Assembly: GCA_000934665.2 (NCBI GenBank)
Contig: KZ538221.1
Span: 1 to 64,000, forward strand
DNA length: 64,000 bases
Origin: Catajapyx aquilonaris
Taxonomy: Eukaryota
Direction of reading: 5' to 3'
Shown in pieces: positions 41,393 to 53,200 of the stretch. Both the position numbers and the translations under genes were made by a program. The notes beneath the pieces were generated by a model. The model saw only the letters and a program-made list of their open reading frames with translations, was not told where the DNA came from and ran no database searches. Position 1 is the first letter of the stretch. Every line of letters starts with the position of its first letter.

Positions 41393-42560
41393 TATATTTT
41401 TATTATTTAAAGTGGTCAATTTAGTATCAATTTATTGATTATATCATTAATCATTAAATGTTAATTTCGCGTATTATTATGCTATTAATGGCATTTATTC
41501 TTCAAGAAAGCTATTTCTTTATTTAAGATTATTAATACCGGTATAATTATTATCATTCATTAGTAAGCTCCATTATGCCTATATGTATATTAATACATTA
41601 TCATTAATTGTGTATTTATGACACTATCTCTGGGGGTACAATTAAATAAATAAACACTTGTAAATAATTAATATATTACAGTATTACTAATATTTTGTCC
41701 TTAATTGGTAGGTTATATTTAAATTTTTATTATTTAATTTATTAGATACTTATTTGCTATTTTACATGTTAATTTATGATATAACGCTTCAATTTTTTAT
41801 AGCGTTTACGAGTTTAAGCAGGCGTTAGGTGTCCACAAGCTATGTGACAACCAACAGTTACCGATAACAGTTACTTAAACCTGCTTCAAGTGAACAAAGT
41901 GTTAGTATGATCATACTAGTGAGAGAGCGAGAAATGACCCGGAAAAGCAAGCGCAGAACCCGCAATAGCCTGTATTTTAGTGCCAAATTGAGGGCCCCAG
42001 AACCGGTTGAGCCCGGCAGTACTTTTGTGTACCTTAGGTCCTTCTCCTCCTTCCCCCACTCCCCCATTCACTCCCATAGTAATCTGCATGTTGAAACTTG
42101 TTGGCCCCATTCAGTTTTGACCACGGGCATCGACTGCTCCCCGTTTCTGCGGATAAAACTCTCGTTAAGCTACTGCAATGGCAATGCATAGTCCCCGCCA
42201 TCTTTATAGGTGCTTTTCCTTCCCCCCCATGCACTTCCCTAGGACTTTACGAGCTGGCTTGTGCTCGGTTTTGGAACGCCGGGGCACGTTCAGCTATGCA
42301 CTTAGTTGCAACGACGTGTTTGGACCATACCCTCTCTAAAAATGGTGGAAAAAAGTGGGGAGAGGCGGGGGAGGGAATAACGTTGTGTTGAGGGTGTTTA
42401 CAACGTGGTGTGTAAGGGGGTGCCGCGTGCGCCACATGTGTACAGTCCATTTTGTGTAAGAGGAACGTCACGAGCCAAGATGGCGGCCATCTGGACAAAC
42501 AAGCATACTTCAAGCGAATATTTTTGTCCCTTCTGGAGATTAATAACATTCATTGATATA

Positions 42561-42887
42561 AGGGAGACGGAGTGGCGCCGCGGTAACGCGCGCGCCCACG
42601 GAAGTTAAGGTCCCGGGTTCGATCCCCACCCGGGGTTCCCACCTTCTTTCGTGCAGAGTTGGGCCATCTCTGGCTTCGTTTCGGGTGGCAATTTCCGATA
42701 GACTAAGCCACCCGGGGGAGTTCACAAAATGACCAATTAACGACAGCGCACATGCACTTTGCACATCCCCTCCTAACGACCCGTGAAACACACTAAATAC
42801 TTTCAGTATACCAGTTTCACCCCAGATGGTGGTAGCCCACCCCCCTAACCGAGCCTCAGGCTCGAGCACGGGGTATCAATAAAAAAA
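42561..42887 (+). mobile_element. Full-length tRNA-derived SINE with 16-bp target-site duplication
   Basis: A-box-like TGGCGCCGCGG, B box GGTTCGATCCC, AATAAAAAAAAA tail; perfect TSD AACATTCATTGATATA at 42545-42560 and 42888-42903. Confidence 0.92.
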
Positions 42888-45004
42888 AACATTCATTGAT
42901 ATACAATTAATATGTGGTGTAAATAAAAATTAAATCATAAATAGATAATACAATAGTAAAATAATAAATAGATAATACAATAGTAAAATAATAAATAGAT
43001 AGTAAAATAGGAAAAATAATTATAAATAGTAAAATAGGAAAAATAATTATAAATAGTAAAATAGGAAAAATAATTATAAATAGTAAAATAGGAAAAAATT
43101 ATAAATTTTAGAATAGTTATATAGTTTATATCTTTATTGTATTAACTATTTATTTTTACCGTTTCAATATTTATTATTTTTACTATTCAAATATTTATTA
43201 TTTTTACTATTCAAATATTTATTATTTTTACTATTCAAATATTTATTATTTTTACTATTCAAATATTTATTATTTTTACTATTCAAATATTTATTATTTT
43301 TACTATTCTAAAATTTGATTTATTATTTACTGAGTAATTTATTATTTACTGAGTAATTTATTATTTATTATTTACTGTGCAATTTATTATTTATTAATTT
43401 ACTGTGTAATTTATGATTATTGTATTATAATATAATACACAGTAAATAATAAATCATAAAATAAATATATAATTCAAATATCATAAATAATTTTTGTACA
43501 AGAAGGAAATAATAAAAAATTAATATGCAAATACAAAAATATATGTGTATAATATAATAATCCAACATATTTTACCGGCACATTTCCTCCTGGAGAATTT
43601 CCTCCTTATCTCACAATCGCAATAAGGAGAAGGATTTGGCAACACCCAGGAGAGATCTCCTTTGCCAACAATATAATCGGAAAGGGGGCTTCCCATGTAC
43701 AGTAATTGTTTATAAAAGCAATGCAGCACAATCCTCCCCTTTGAAGTCCGGCCAAGTTGCGCTTAGCTGGCTCCGGTTTTAGCGTTCCTGAGGCCAGGTA
43801 AGGAAATCAATTTGCAATCAGGTTCAAGCATCCGGAGAGTATGGAGCTATTAGGTTTGAAATAGTGCAGCCTCATAGAGGCAATCTGGGGGAAATATTCC
43901 GATATGTTTTTTTTTGGGTGCAAAAGTGGTGTCCAACAATGTGGGTTCTAGCCTATTCAATTGCTCACTAACATATAGGGTGATTATTGTTGAATATAGG
44001 GTCCCTTTTTGGGTACGAATTAGTCAGGTAGTGAATACCGCTGATCTGATTCAGCTTTGCGGTTTTCCGGTTCATTTTGCATTGACTCGTGACGTAATCC
44101 AACTGGCGATGACTGAATGGGATAAATCGCTCTGTTGCCGCGGTTTCCGATACTCAACCCGCATTCATCAGTGTTTGGGGAATCCGCAACAAAGAGCTCG
44201 ACTATGCCAAACCACCCCAATAAATAACTCTCTCATTTTCTTACCCGAAATATTTTATAGCGAATCCGTAAAAACTATACATATCAGATAATTAATTAAT
44301 TAAAATATTTGTAATATAGGTGTGAGTAGTGTATAGTCAGAGCAAAGTTATTTGAACTGACGTCTGTATCCATCAACTTCAATTCATCATCATAATTGGA
44401 TAATGTAATGTGGGCCAATGAGGCTCATTAATGAGCTCCTTTGCTAACTTCCAAGACATAACGTTTTCTTGTTAACATTCGTTACCGTTAGCAACGGGTA
44501 ATGAGTTTGTGTATGGTTGCCTAGTCAGATAAGCTTCAATGAAATGCAACCTGAGCCTTCAAAAGCAGGAATCCATAATTTCATAGTGCTAGATTCACAC
44601 ATTTTTTAAATCTTACATTACATCATGTTTGATATTTCCAACCCTCCAGTCCTATATGATTGGCACCTTATCTCCAACCCCCCCTAAAAACCAATTGCGA
44701 TAAGCCGTCCGCACTTACCCTATCGCATTAATTATCGGCACCGTAATTAATTTTGAAATCGACGTTCCCAGGATCAGAATCGTTCAATCCTCCACATAAA
44801 TATAGTCCGGACCTAGTCCTCTTTGGTCCATTTGGTAGGATCACGTCTGGAGAAGGGCATATCTCAGCCAATACAGGTGGAGCTCTCAGCTTTCCATCTC
44901 TGCTGGACCAGAAGCTGAGCCTAAATTGTTGAACAGCTGGCTAGATGCGATTCTACAGAACTATGTTACTGTCATGGATTCAAAATGGCGGTATAGTTAG
45001 GGCT

Positions 45005-45359
45005 GGGAGCATAATTATACTACAGTACATAAGAGGAGCAAACATTCGATTTCCGCGTCTCTCTGTTTGGGGCGTTGCCCAGCCTGGCGGACATTTTGAA
45101 GTGTGGGGAACGCCAACGAGGTATAAATAGGGTACAGGCAAAAACAGGGTCCGCCATCTTTGATTCGAACGTGTTCTTGCCATGTAGTTGCCATGGCCGT
45201 CAAAACCATTAAAGATTTTTGGCTGTACCCTATTTATACCTCGTTGGCGTTCCCCACACTTCAAAATGGCCGCCAGCCTTGTCAACGGCCCCAAACAGAG
45301 AGACGCGAACATCAAAGGCGCCGACAGAAGTTTGCGCCTCTTATGTAGTATATGCTCCC
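45005..45359. mobile_element. Palindromic (fold-back) MITE-like element
   Basis: Perfect 46-bp inverted arms at 45092-45137 and 45223-45268, extending imperfectly to GGGAGCATA / TATGCTCCC ends. Confidence 0.8.
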
Positions 45360-46609
45360 TGGTTAGGGATTCAAATAGGCTGGTAGGATTTGAAAGTGGT
45401 CGACCTGGGGAGAGGCTAGTTTGTATAGCTAACGACTGAGGCGAGGCTAGACGTATGGCCACAGCACACTCTACCGCCATCTACCGTCAATTCCAGCCGA
45501 CTAAACGACACGGTGCTTACCCACACCCGTGGCCAACCTGTTTCATCACGCTCCGACAACGACAGCTGCAACTTAAGGCAAACGGATATCTCCAGCCAAC
45601 CAGAGTAGATGGAATGAAAGGGGAGTAACAGCAGTAATTACAACCGTGCTTCAACCCGAAAAATGGTGATTAAAGACTGCAGTGTAGATAATCGCCCTGA
45701 AGTTTTTTCAGAGGGATCACCAGAGGGCAGTACGATCACTTACATTAGCCAACACAAACGACCAAAATGGGCTGGACTAAAAATGGCGGACTTTTTTTAG
45801 ACAAAAGTAAAATCTGTCGGATGCACTTACTAATAGGTACGAATTGGCGGTACTCTGGTGCTGGCACTTTTGTTACGCGACTCTTTTTTGGGGGGATAAT
45901 TTTCGAGGGTTTTGAAAAGTGGGATAAGTCCGTGGCGATACTCGGGTATGGCTGCGGACGACAGGTTTTCCTATCGGAGAAATTCGTTTACAGAGGACGA
46001 AATTTTGGCGCTGGAGGGTTAAAGCTAACGAGCTGTAATATTACATTAAACAATTTAAAAATTTGGATTAACAGTCAGCGCCATCTATACTAACATTTTC
46101 ATGTATTGGCGTGTCCGAATTATTGTTGTCACCTGGTAGGTACATGATGTCACGACCTCCGACCTTTCCACAACCTGTGACAAACTGTGGTCCCTTGTGC
46201 CGCCACCGACAGTGCGAAACCCAAGAGTTATAGTTACCGCCAGAGGGAGAGTTACCCCTACAAAGAACCATGACCTCTCCTGCTAAGGTATGTGTTGGAG
46301 GGGACGGAGGAAAGGAAAAAAAAGAGGACAACCCGAGCGAGGGATCCATCTTCTGGACCCAAAATGTCCGGGCTTAGGGAGCCCGCCTTCCATTATCCGG
46401 AAGCCAAGGGAACGCTCCGGAGACACTCACCCACATCTATTCTCCACACATTTTTTCGGTGGGGACAACCATCCGGATAATCACCCGGAGGACGCCTCAA
46501 GAACGGGGGCAATGAGAGCTAGGGATAAATTCGGCGGGGTGAATTGAGGACACACTCCACTGGTGAGGTGGTGGGCTCGCTAGATGGCAGGAGTGTATAG
46601 TGAGCATGG

Positions 46610-47145
46610 TTTCATTGCTCCAGTGCTTAAGCATTGGATTGAGCATTGCTTTAAGTTTAATGCTTGAGAATTAGTTTGGGCACGACTTCAGTGCTTGAGC
46701 ATTGGTTTTAGTATCGCATCAGTGCTTGAGCGTCGGCTTGAGCACGGATTCAGTGCTTGAGCGTCGTCTTGAGCATGGATTCAGTGCTTGAGCGTCGTCT
46801 TGAGCATGGATTCAGTGCTTGAGCGTCGGTTTGAGCATGGATTCAGTGCTTGAGCGACGGCTTGAGCACGGCTTCAGTGCTTGATCATTGGTTTGGGCAC
46901 GACTTCAGTGCTTGAGCATTAGTTTGGGCACGGGTTCAGTGCTTGATCATTGGTTTGCTTGGGCACGACTTCAGTGCTTGAGCATTGGTTTTAGTATAGC
47001 ATCAGTGCTTGAGCGTCGTCTTGAGCACGGATTCAGTGCTTGAGCGTCGCGTCGGTTTGAGCACGGATTCAGTGCTTGAGCGTCGGTTTGAGCATGGATT
47101 CAGTGCTTGAGAACAGTTTGAGTACAGCATCAGTGCTTGAATCGC
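46610..47145. repeat. 31-bp minisatellite TTCAGTGCTTGAGCGTCG..TTGAGCAYGGA
   Basis: 31-nt period (46749, 46780, 46811...). Confidence 0.93.
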
Positions 47146-47193
47146 TAAAAATTGTGCTCAAACGTAGCGACAAAATTAACTCAAAATTTTTAA

Positions 47194-47343
47194 AGGGGCC
47201 GTCCATAATCCGCGCGGACAGATTTTTTCACTTTTTTACCTCCCCCCCCTCCCCTTTGCGGACAGAAGCGGACAATTTCTTACCTCCCCCCCTAAAAATT
47301 GCGCGGACATGGCCTCCTTGACCCCCCCCCCCNGGACGGCCCC
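47194..47343. mobile_element. MITE with TIR AGGGGCCGTCCATAATCCGCGCGG; the right part is hit by an N
   Basis: Left TIR at 47194, remnant right TIR GGACGGCCCC at 47334-47343; the exact reverse complement of the left TIR is at window positions 1-24. Confidence 0.8.
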
Positions 47344-48169
47344 AAAGGTGCACTTAGCAATTAGTTTGAGCACTGACCACCAGTTCGAGCATCATTACAA
47401 TACTTGAGACTTACTTGACAAAAAAAAATTGGCGATTCAAAATTGTAATGCATTTCAGTATTGTTACGTACACATTACAGTATAGTGTAATAAATAGTAA
47501 CGAACACTCGAAAGTACGTTTGAGCTTGTTGGAGCCACCAGCTCCATCTGTGGGCCATCCTTCCAAGCCTCTTGATCGAACCGTACCGTATCCGCTCTAT
47601 ATACGATACGCGCTTTCCTTACCCGAATTTTTCTTCTCACCGCCGAGTTACGCACACATTGACAAGTTTTTGCAAACAAAAACCGCTTCCTCCCTCCCCC
47701 GCCTCTCCCCACCCCCCTGCCTCCAGCGCCCGTTTCCCAAATTGACAGATGCGAGTAGGATCCGTTCTTTTGTGGTGTCCGCTCTTTGATGTCAAGCCTT
47801 TGTTGGGAGGGAGACAACTAGGGCTCGGGCTGGATGGGGAGAGGAGGAGTGGGGAGGAGTGGGGAGAAGGGAGGAATGGGGGGGAAGGAGGGGGAGGAAT
47901 TTCAGGGACCCAGGTGCGGTTGAAGGGAGGGCTTCACAGGATGGGAAAGAATCCGGACAATATTGAGTTAGAGTGGCGTTGGAGTTGCTCTTCATAATTA
48001 CTCAAAATGGTATGCAGGTGAATGAATTAAATATTAATGAATAAATACCTGTAAGAATGTAAATTAAATGTTAAAGTAATGAACTACTGCATACGTACAG
48101 GTATGGAAATAAATGCGTCATGAAGTAACACAGGTAAGTCACAAAAGCAACAATCACGACGTGAGTAGC

Positions 48170-48500
48170 ATACTGAATAAAGTAAATAATATGTAAATTA
48201 ATGAATAACTGTGAATAAAGTAAATAATATGTAAATTAATGAATAACTGTGAATAAAGTAAATAATATGTATATTAATGAATAACTACGAATAAAGCAAA
48301 TAATATGTAAATTAATGAATAACTGTGAATAAAGTAAATAATATGTAAATTAACGAATAACTGTGAATAAAGTAAATGTGTAAATTCATGAATAACTATG
48401 AATAAAGTAAATGTGTAAATTCATGAATAACTATGAATAAAGTAAATATGTAAATTCATGAAAAACTGAATAAATAAAACAAATATGTAAATTTATGAAT
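48170..48500. repeat. 38-bp AT-rich minisatellite GTGAATAAAGTAAATAATATGTAAATTAATGAATAACT
   Basis: 38-nt period. Confidence 0.9.
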
Positions 48501-49499
48501 AACATTAATTAATATTATACAAACAGAAATAAAATACACAGTGTATTCATTAATTAATATTAGACAAACGGAATAAAATACATACATAAACATGCAGAAT
48601 CATAAATAAAAAATCATGCACATGTAAATGCCTAAAATAAACAAAATAAATAAATAAATGTAAAATATAACAAACATTACATAAATAAACATAACATAAC
48701 ATAAATAGATAAATAAAATCTTAACATACTAGTTCCATCCACCAGAGGCACCTGCTACTTCCCCCACTGCGCAGGTGCAGAACGGAGCCAATCGTAAGCG
48801 TTGCGCAAACAATATACGGCGGGCCAATCAGAAGTCTCGGTCCTACAACGAAAATTTTTAATATTATTGAAATCTAAATAAATAGATAAATAGATAAATA
48901 TATTATATTATTATATAAATAAATATAAAAATTCAATGGATGATGAAATAATTATAAATGAATTGTGAATGAATAAATATAAATAAATGATGAAATAAAG
49001 AAAATAAATTATTGAACAAAACTAACAAACAAACATGCCATCTGATCTTCGCATTGCGTTGCATCAAACAGCTGTGTTGATATTACCATGCCCTAGCTAA
49101 TACTGGATGACGCACATAGCTCCAACTATAATCATAGTACAGTCCATATCCAATATTCTTTACACACCATAAAAATGAGGACGGAAATGCCGATTGTTGA
49201 AGGCCAAGGTCTTCTGACAGAAAACCCATATCGAAGGCACCCAATTGGCCAGATAATTCCCCTGCCAATCACATCCGGGGGTGGTCCAGCATTGCCACAT
49301 TTTCCCCTTGGCCATTCTCAGTTTAATAAGCTCCAACAATAAATCAAACTCGTCCTAGCAATTCATCAAACCGACCTCTGCGAAAAAGTCAACACTTCAT
49401 CACATCTGTCAACAATGGAGCGCCAAGTCTTTCACAGCCTCAGTCTCCAGACTTGTTTTTACAAAAGAGAGTCCTAGTGTGTCCTGTGGGATTAGAGTT

Positions 49500-49803
49500 A
49501 ATCCTAGGAGTATTTACGTCACAAGCGCAATTTCCGTTTTTGTTATCGACTAATTGTCTGGCCGCCATCTTGGGGCGCCCACAGTTTTTTTTTCTAATAA
49601 TGAGTTAATGAGACATGTTCGGTTCGATTCATGTGTCAGACTAGTTTTAAAATGACACGAGCTTACAGGTGGAGACCATATGTTGCTTATTTGCATAGTC
49701 ACGTGATCCCTAGATCCCCATGAGATTAGATCCCTGCCTTGCTGCAACATCATTCAGTGGCCAGGAGTTGACCTGGAATGTGGGTTCGGAATATAAGGTA
49801 AGG
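49500..49803 (+). promoter_or_regulatory. Candidate PCSK1 promoter and short 5' non-coding exon
   Basis: CRE-like TTACGTCA 49514, octamer ATTTGCAT 49689 next to E-box GTCACGTGA 49698, Inr-like TCAGT 49754, donor AAG|GTAAGG at 49798. The acceptor before the ATG implies an upstream exon. Confidence 0.35.
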
Positions 49804-50095
49804 TCACTCTGGATTTTAGAGTTTCAAATTATGAGTTAATTAGGGGGAGTATTGTGCATCGTTAATGAGCGGCCACTAATGTGTCGAAATTGAGGCTGTT
49901 GATTAATGGTGGTCATGATTTTACTTTGGTCGTAAGTTAGGCAGGGTGTTAATTGAATATTATGTTATTAACACAGTTAGTGGTTGTCAAAAATTCAATT
50001 TTGATATTGTTGCTATCTGCATAAATATGTTTGTTGGATAATCCTGCTATTACACCACACATGTGCATTTTTCCCCCCCCTTCCCATCTATTCAG

Positions 50096-50275
50096 ATGCT
50101 GATCATCCATGCCTTAACACTGTTACTGCACCTATCGTACGTAGTAAGTTATCCAGATAGTCACTTGGGTGCGGAACAAGCACACTTTTTCAACGAATGG
50201 CTAGTGCGGATCAGCGGTGGGCCCATTGTTGCCAGGAGCCTGGCCGACCAGCTGGGCTACGACAATTTGGGCGAG
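50096..50275 (+). CDS. PCSK1: PC1/3 coding exon 1: signal peptide and prodomain start ([18 protein letters not shown]...[30 protein letters not shown])
   Basis: Hydrophobic N-terminus, NEW..I.GG...A..LGY..LG prodomain motif, donor GAG|gtgagt. A pyrimidine tract plus cag lies directly before the ATG. Confidence 0.9.
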
Positions 50276-53200
50276 GTGAGTCCACCATTGTTATAAGGGC
50301 TGTAAATGTGTTTTCAATAAATGTGACTCAATTTAGTGACAAATTATGTGCTTTAAAAATTTCTCAAAAATATGATTAAATGTTTTATTTTCAATAAATT
50401 TTATTGCATAACCGTATATCACCTGATATTATTGACTGTCCCACATTTTAAATAGCACTTTACATTCATTGTAATTACTGTAGACTTCATCTTAGCTGAT
50501 ATTCATTTATTTCTGTGTCTGTTAGCGGTGAATTTTATTATATTTAAATTTATTTTACCTTTAATAATTCATCTATTTACTATGTATTTCATTATATATT
50601 TAAATTTATTTTACCTTTAATAATTCATCTATTTACTATGTATTTCATTATATATTTAAATTTATTTTACCTTTAATAATTCATCTATTTACTGTGTATT
50701 TTTTAAATTTATTTTACCTGTAATAATTCATCTATTTACTGTGTATTTAATTATATTTAAATTTATTTTACTGTGTATTTTATTTGACTGTGCATTTTAT
50801 TTTACTTAAAATTTATTTTACTTAAAATTTATTTTACTGTGTATTTTATTTTATTTAAAATTTATTTTACCGTTAATAATGAATATATTTTCAATTTATT
50901 TTACCGTTAATAATGAATATATTTTAAATTTATTTTGCCGTTAATAATGAATCTATTTTAAATTTATTTATTTATTGCTAATATACAGTATTTATTTATT
51001 TATTTATTTAGACATTATGATTGGCATTATTGATGATTATTGTTGTTGTTGTTTTATTACTTATATAGGCCTACTATATTTTATTTAACGACAGTTATCA
51101 TTGTTCCTCATCCCCAACCCACCGTTAGATGTCAGTCCCATAAACCACGCCATCTCTCGACTTCCCCACTCATCACCATTTCCTATTTCTGTCAACAATA
51201 CTCTCAGGAGAGCCCCCATTTGGACTGTCAGCCCAAATCATCGGGCACTACAGAAAATGATACGCGGAACCGAAGCAGCAGCCTCCCAAATGCGCCCTAC
51301 CGGATTTGTGTGTGTAACAGTGTCGCCCCCTCCCAAGTCCTGAGGGAAAACTTGTCCGTTCTGGCAGTAATTTTCTTGGAATCAGCGCTCGTGACGTGGA
51401 ATGGCCCATCCATCATGTAGGCCATGTCAAAACAGTTTCTTCTTACCACTTTTGGGAAGGGGGTTCAACCGCTTCCCCCCCTCCCCCCCCCAAAAAAAAA
51501 AGTCAAAAAAAGTACACCCGCGGAAATGAGCCTGTAATGAATCTCCAGGCGCCTGCAGACTCGCTTTTAATTAATTGCGAAATTTTTTAGGGAGCTAAAA
51601 ACCCAACTCCCCTCTAATTGTCATGCAAAATGCTTCCTTGTTGCATAAACCCAGTGATATATTTCAGCATTTTTAAATTATAATTTTTTGGGGCGACCAC
51701 TAGATGGCTCTGTGCAAAATTTTGGGTAAGGTCCTTTTGTTGTGCTGGGTTTCCTTTGTCGCGAATTAATGTCGAGGCTTCCTCCGTACAGACAACATGT
51801 CGCGATGTGAGTTAGAATGCAAAACGCTTGTCTGAAGCACGTCTTTTTCTCATTACGGTTTTACCTAATTGGATCCACAGGGGGGCACGACTGGGCCTTG
51901 ACGCAATCATTTACACCGTTTAAAGCAATTTAAAAAAAAAAGTATAATCAAGCCGACGAAATGAGTCACTCTGAAAAACTGTGACGTAATAGTGTTGGCG
52001 CTCAGGGAAACAATTAATTAGGCTTAGTTAATTGGGTGACAAAAGCAAATTAAGGTATAATGTTGGATTATTATATGCGCACAGTGTATAATCATAATTA
52101 ATTGGAGATTTTACATCTAATTTGCTTTTGTTACATTTTATTCTTTCTTTTATAAACTCATGCTTTGCTTGTTAATTTGCTTGCTTGTTTTATAGTATTA
52201 ATATTAGTTAATATTAGTCAGATTAATATTAGTTTGATTAGTTTGGATCAATATTAGTCTGATTAATTTTGATTAGTATTAGTTTGATTAGTTTTGATTA
52301 ATATTAGCTTATTTCATGTTTGATTAATATTAGTTTTGATTGATACTATTAGTTCATTTCAGGTTTATTTAATATTAGTTTTGTTAGGTTTGTTTTATGG
52401 ATGAGGTTTTTTCGAGGGTTTTTTGCTCATGATATTAGTTTTGATGAATAGTAGTGCGTATTAGTTTTGATGAATAGTAAGCGTATAGTTTTGATGAATA
52501 GTAGTGCGTATTAGTTTTGATGAATAGTAGTGTATACTAGCTTTGCTTAATTAATAACAGTGCACAGTATATCACAGTAGTTTTGAGTAATAATAGTGTA
52601 CAGTACAGTACATCAGTAACATCACAGTAGTTTTGATTAATAACAGTGTACAGTATGATAATATCACATCCGTTTTGATTAATAACAGTGTACAGTATGA
52701 TAATATCACATCCGTTTTGATTAATAATAGTTTATTTAATGTTTGTTAAACAACAGTTTATTTAATGTTTGTTAAACAACAGTTTATTTAATGATTGTTA
52801 AATAATAGTCTATTTAATGTTTGTTAAGTAATAGTTTTATTAGTTTTGATTAATACTGTACTACAAGTATTAGTTCATTTCAGGTTTGTTTAATTATAAA
52901 TTTTGTACGATAATAATTTTGTTTATATTTATAGCTAAATTTCAACTTGTTTTTTTACAGTAGACAAGGTTGCCAAACCGAAAACGACTCCACCTGGCAA
53001 CTCTGCCTGAATCAGAGCAGCGCCATCTATGCACAGCGTCCCCTGACTAACTCTGCTCTTTACAGGTTCCGGGATTTCCGGACACCTACCGAATGATCAG
53101 ATCGGATCATCCTGATCTCCGAAAGCGAAACTCGGTTCACCTGACCCGCCGTTTGATCCGAGATGCGCGGGTACTCTGGGCGGAGCAACAGTTTGTCAAA

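Noticed and set aside
44130..44182. Hammerhead-like CTGATGA...GAAACCGCGG on -
   Set aside because: The conserved U of the cleavage triplet is absent and stem I does not pair.
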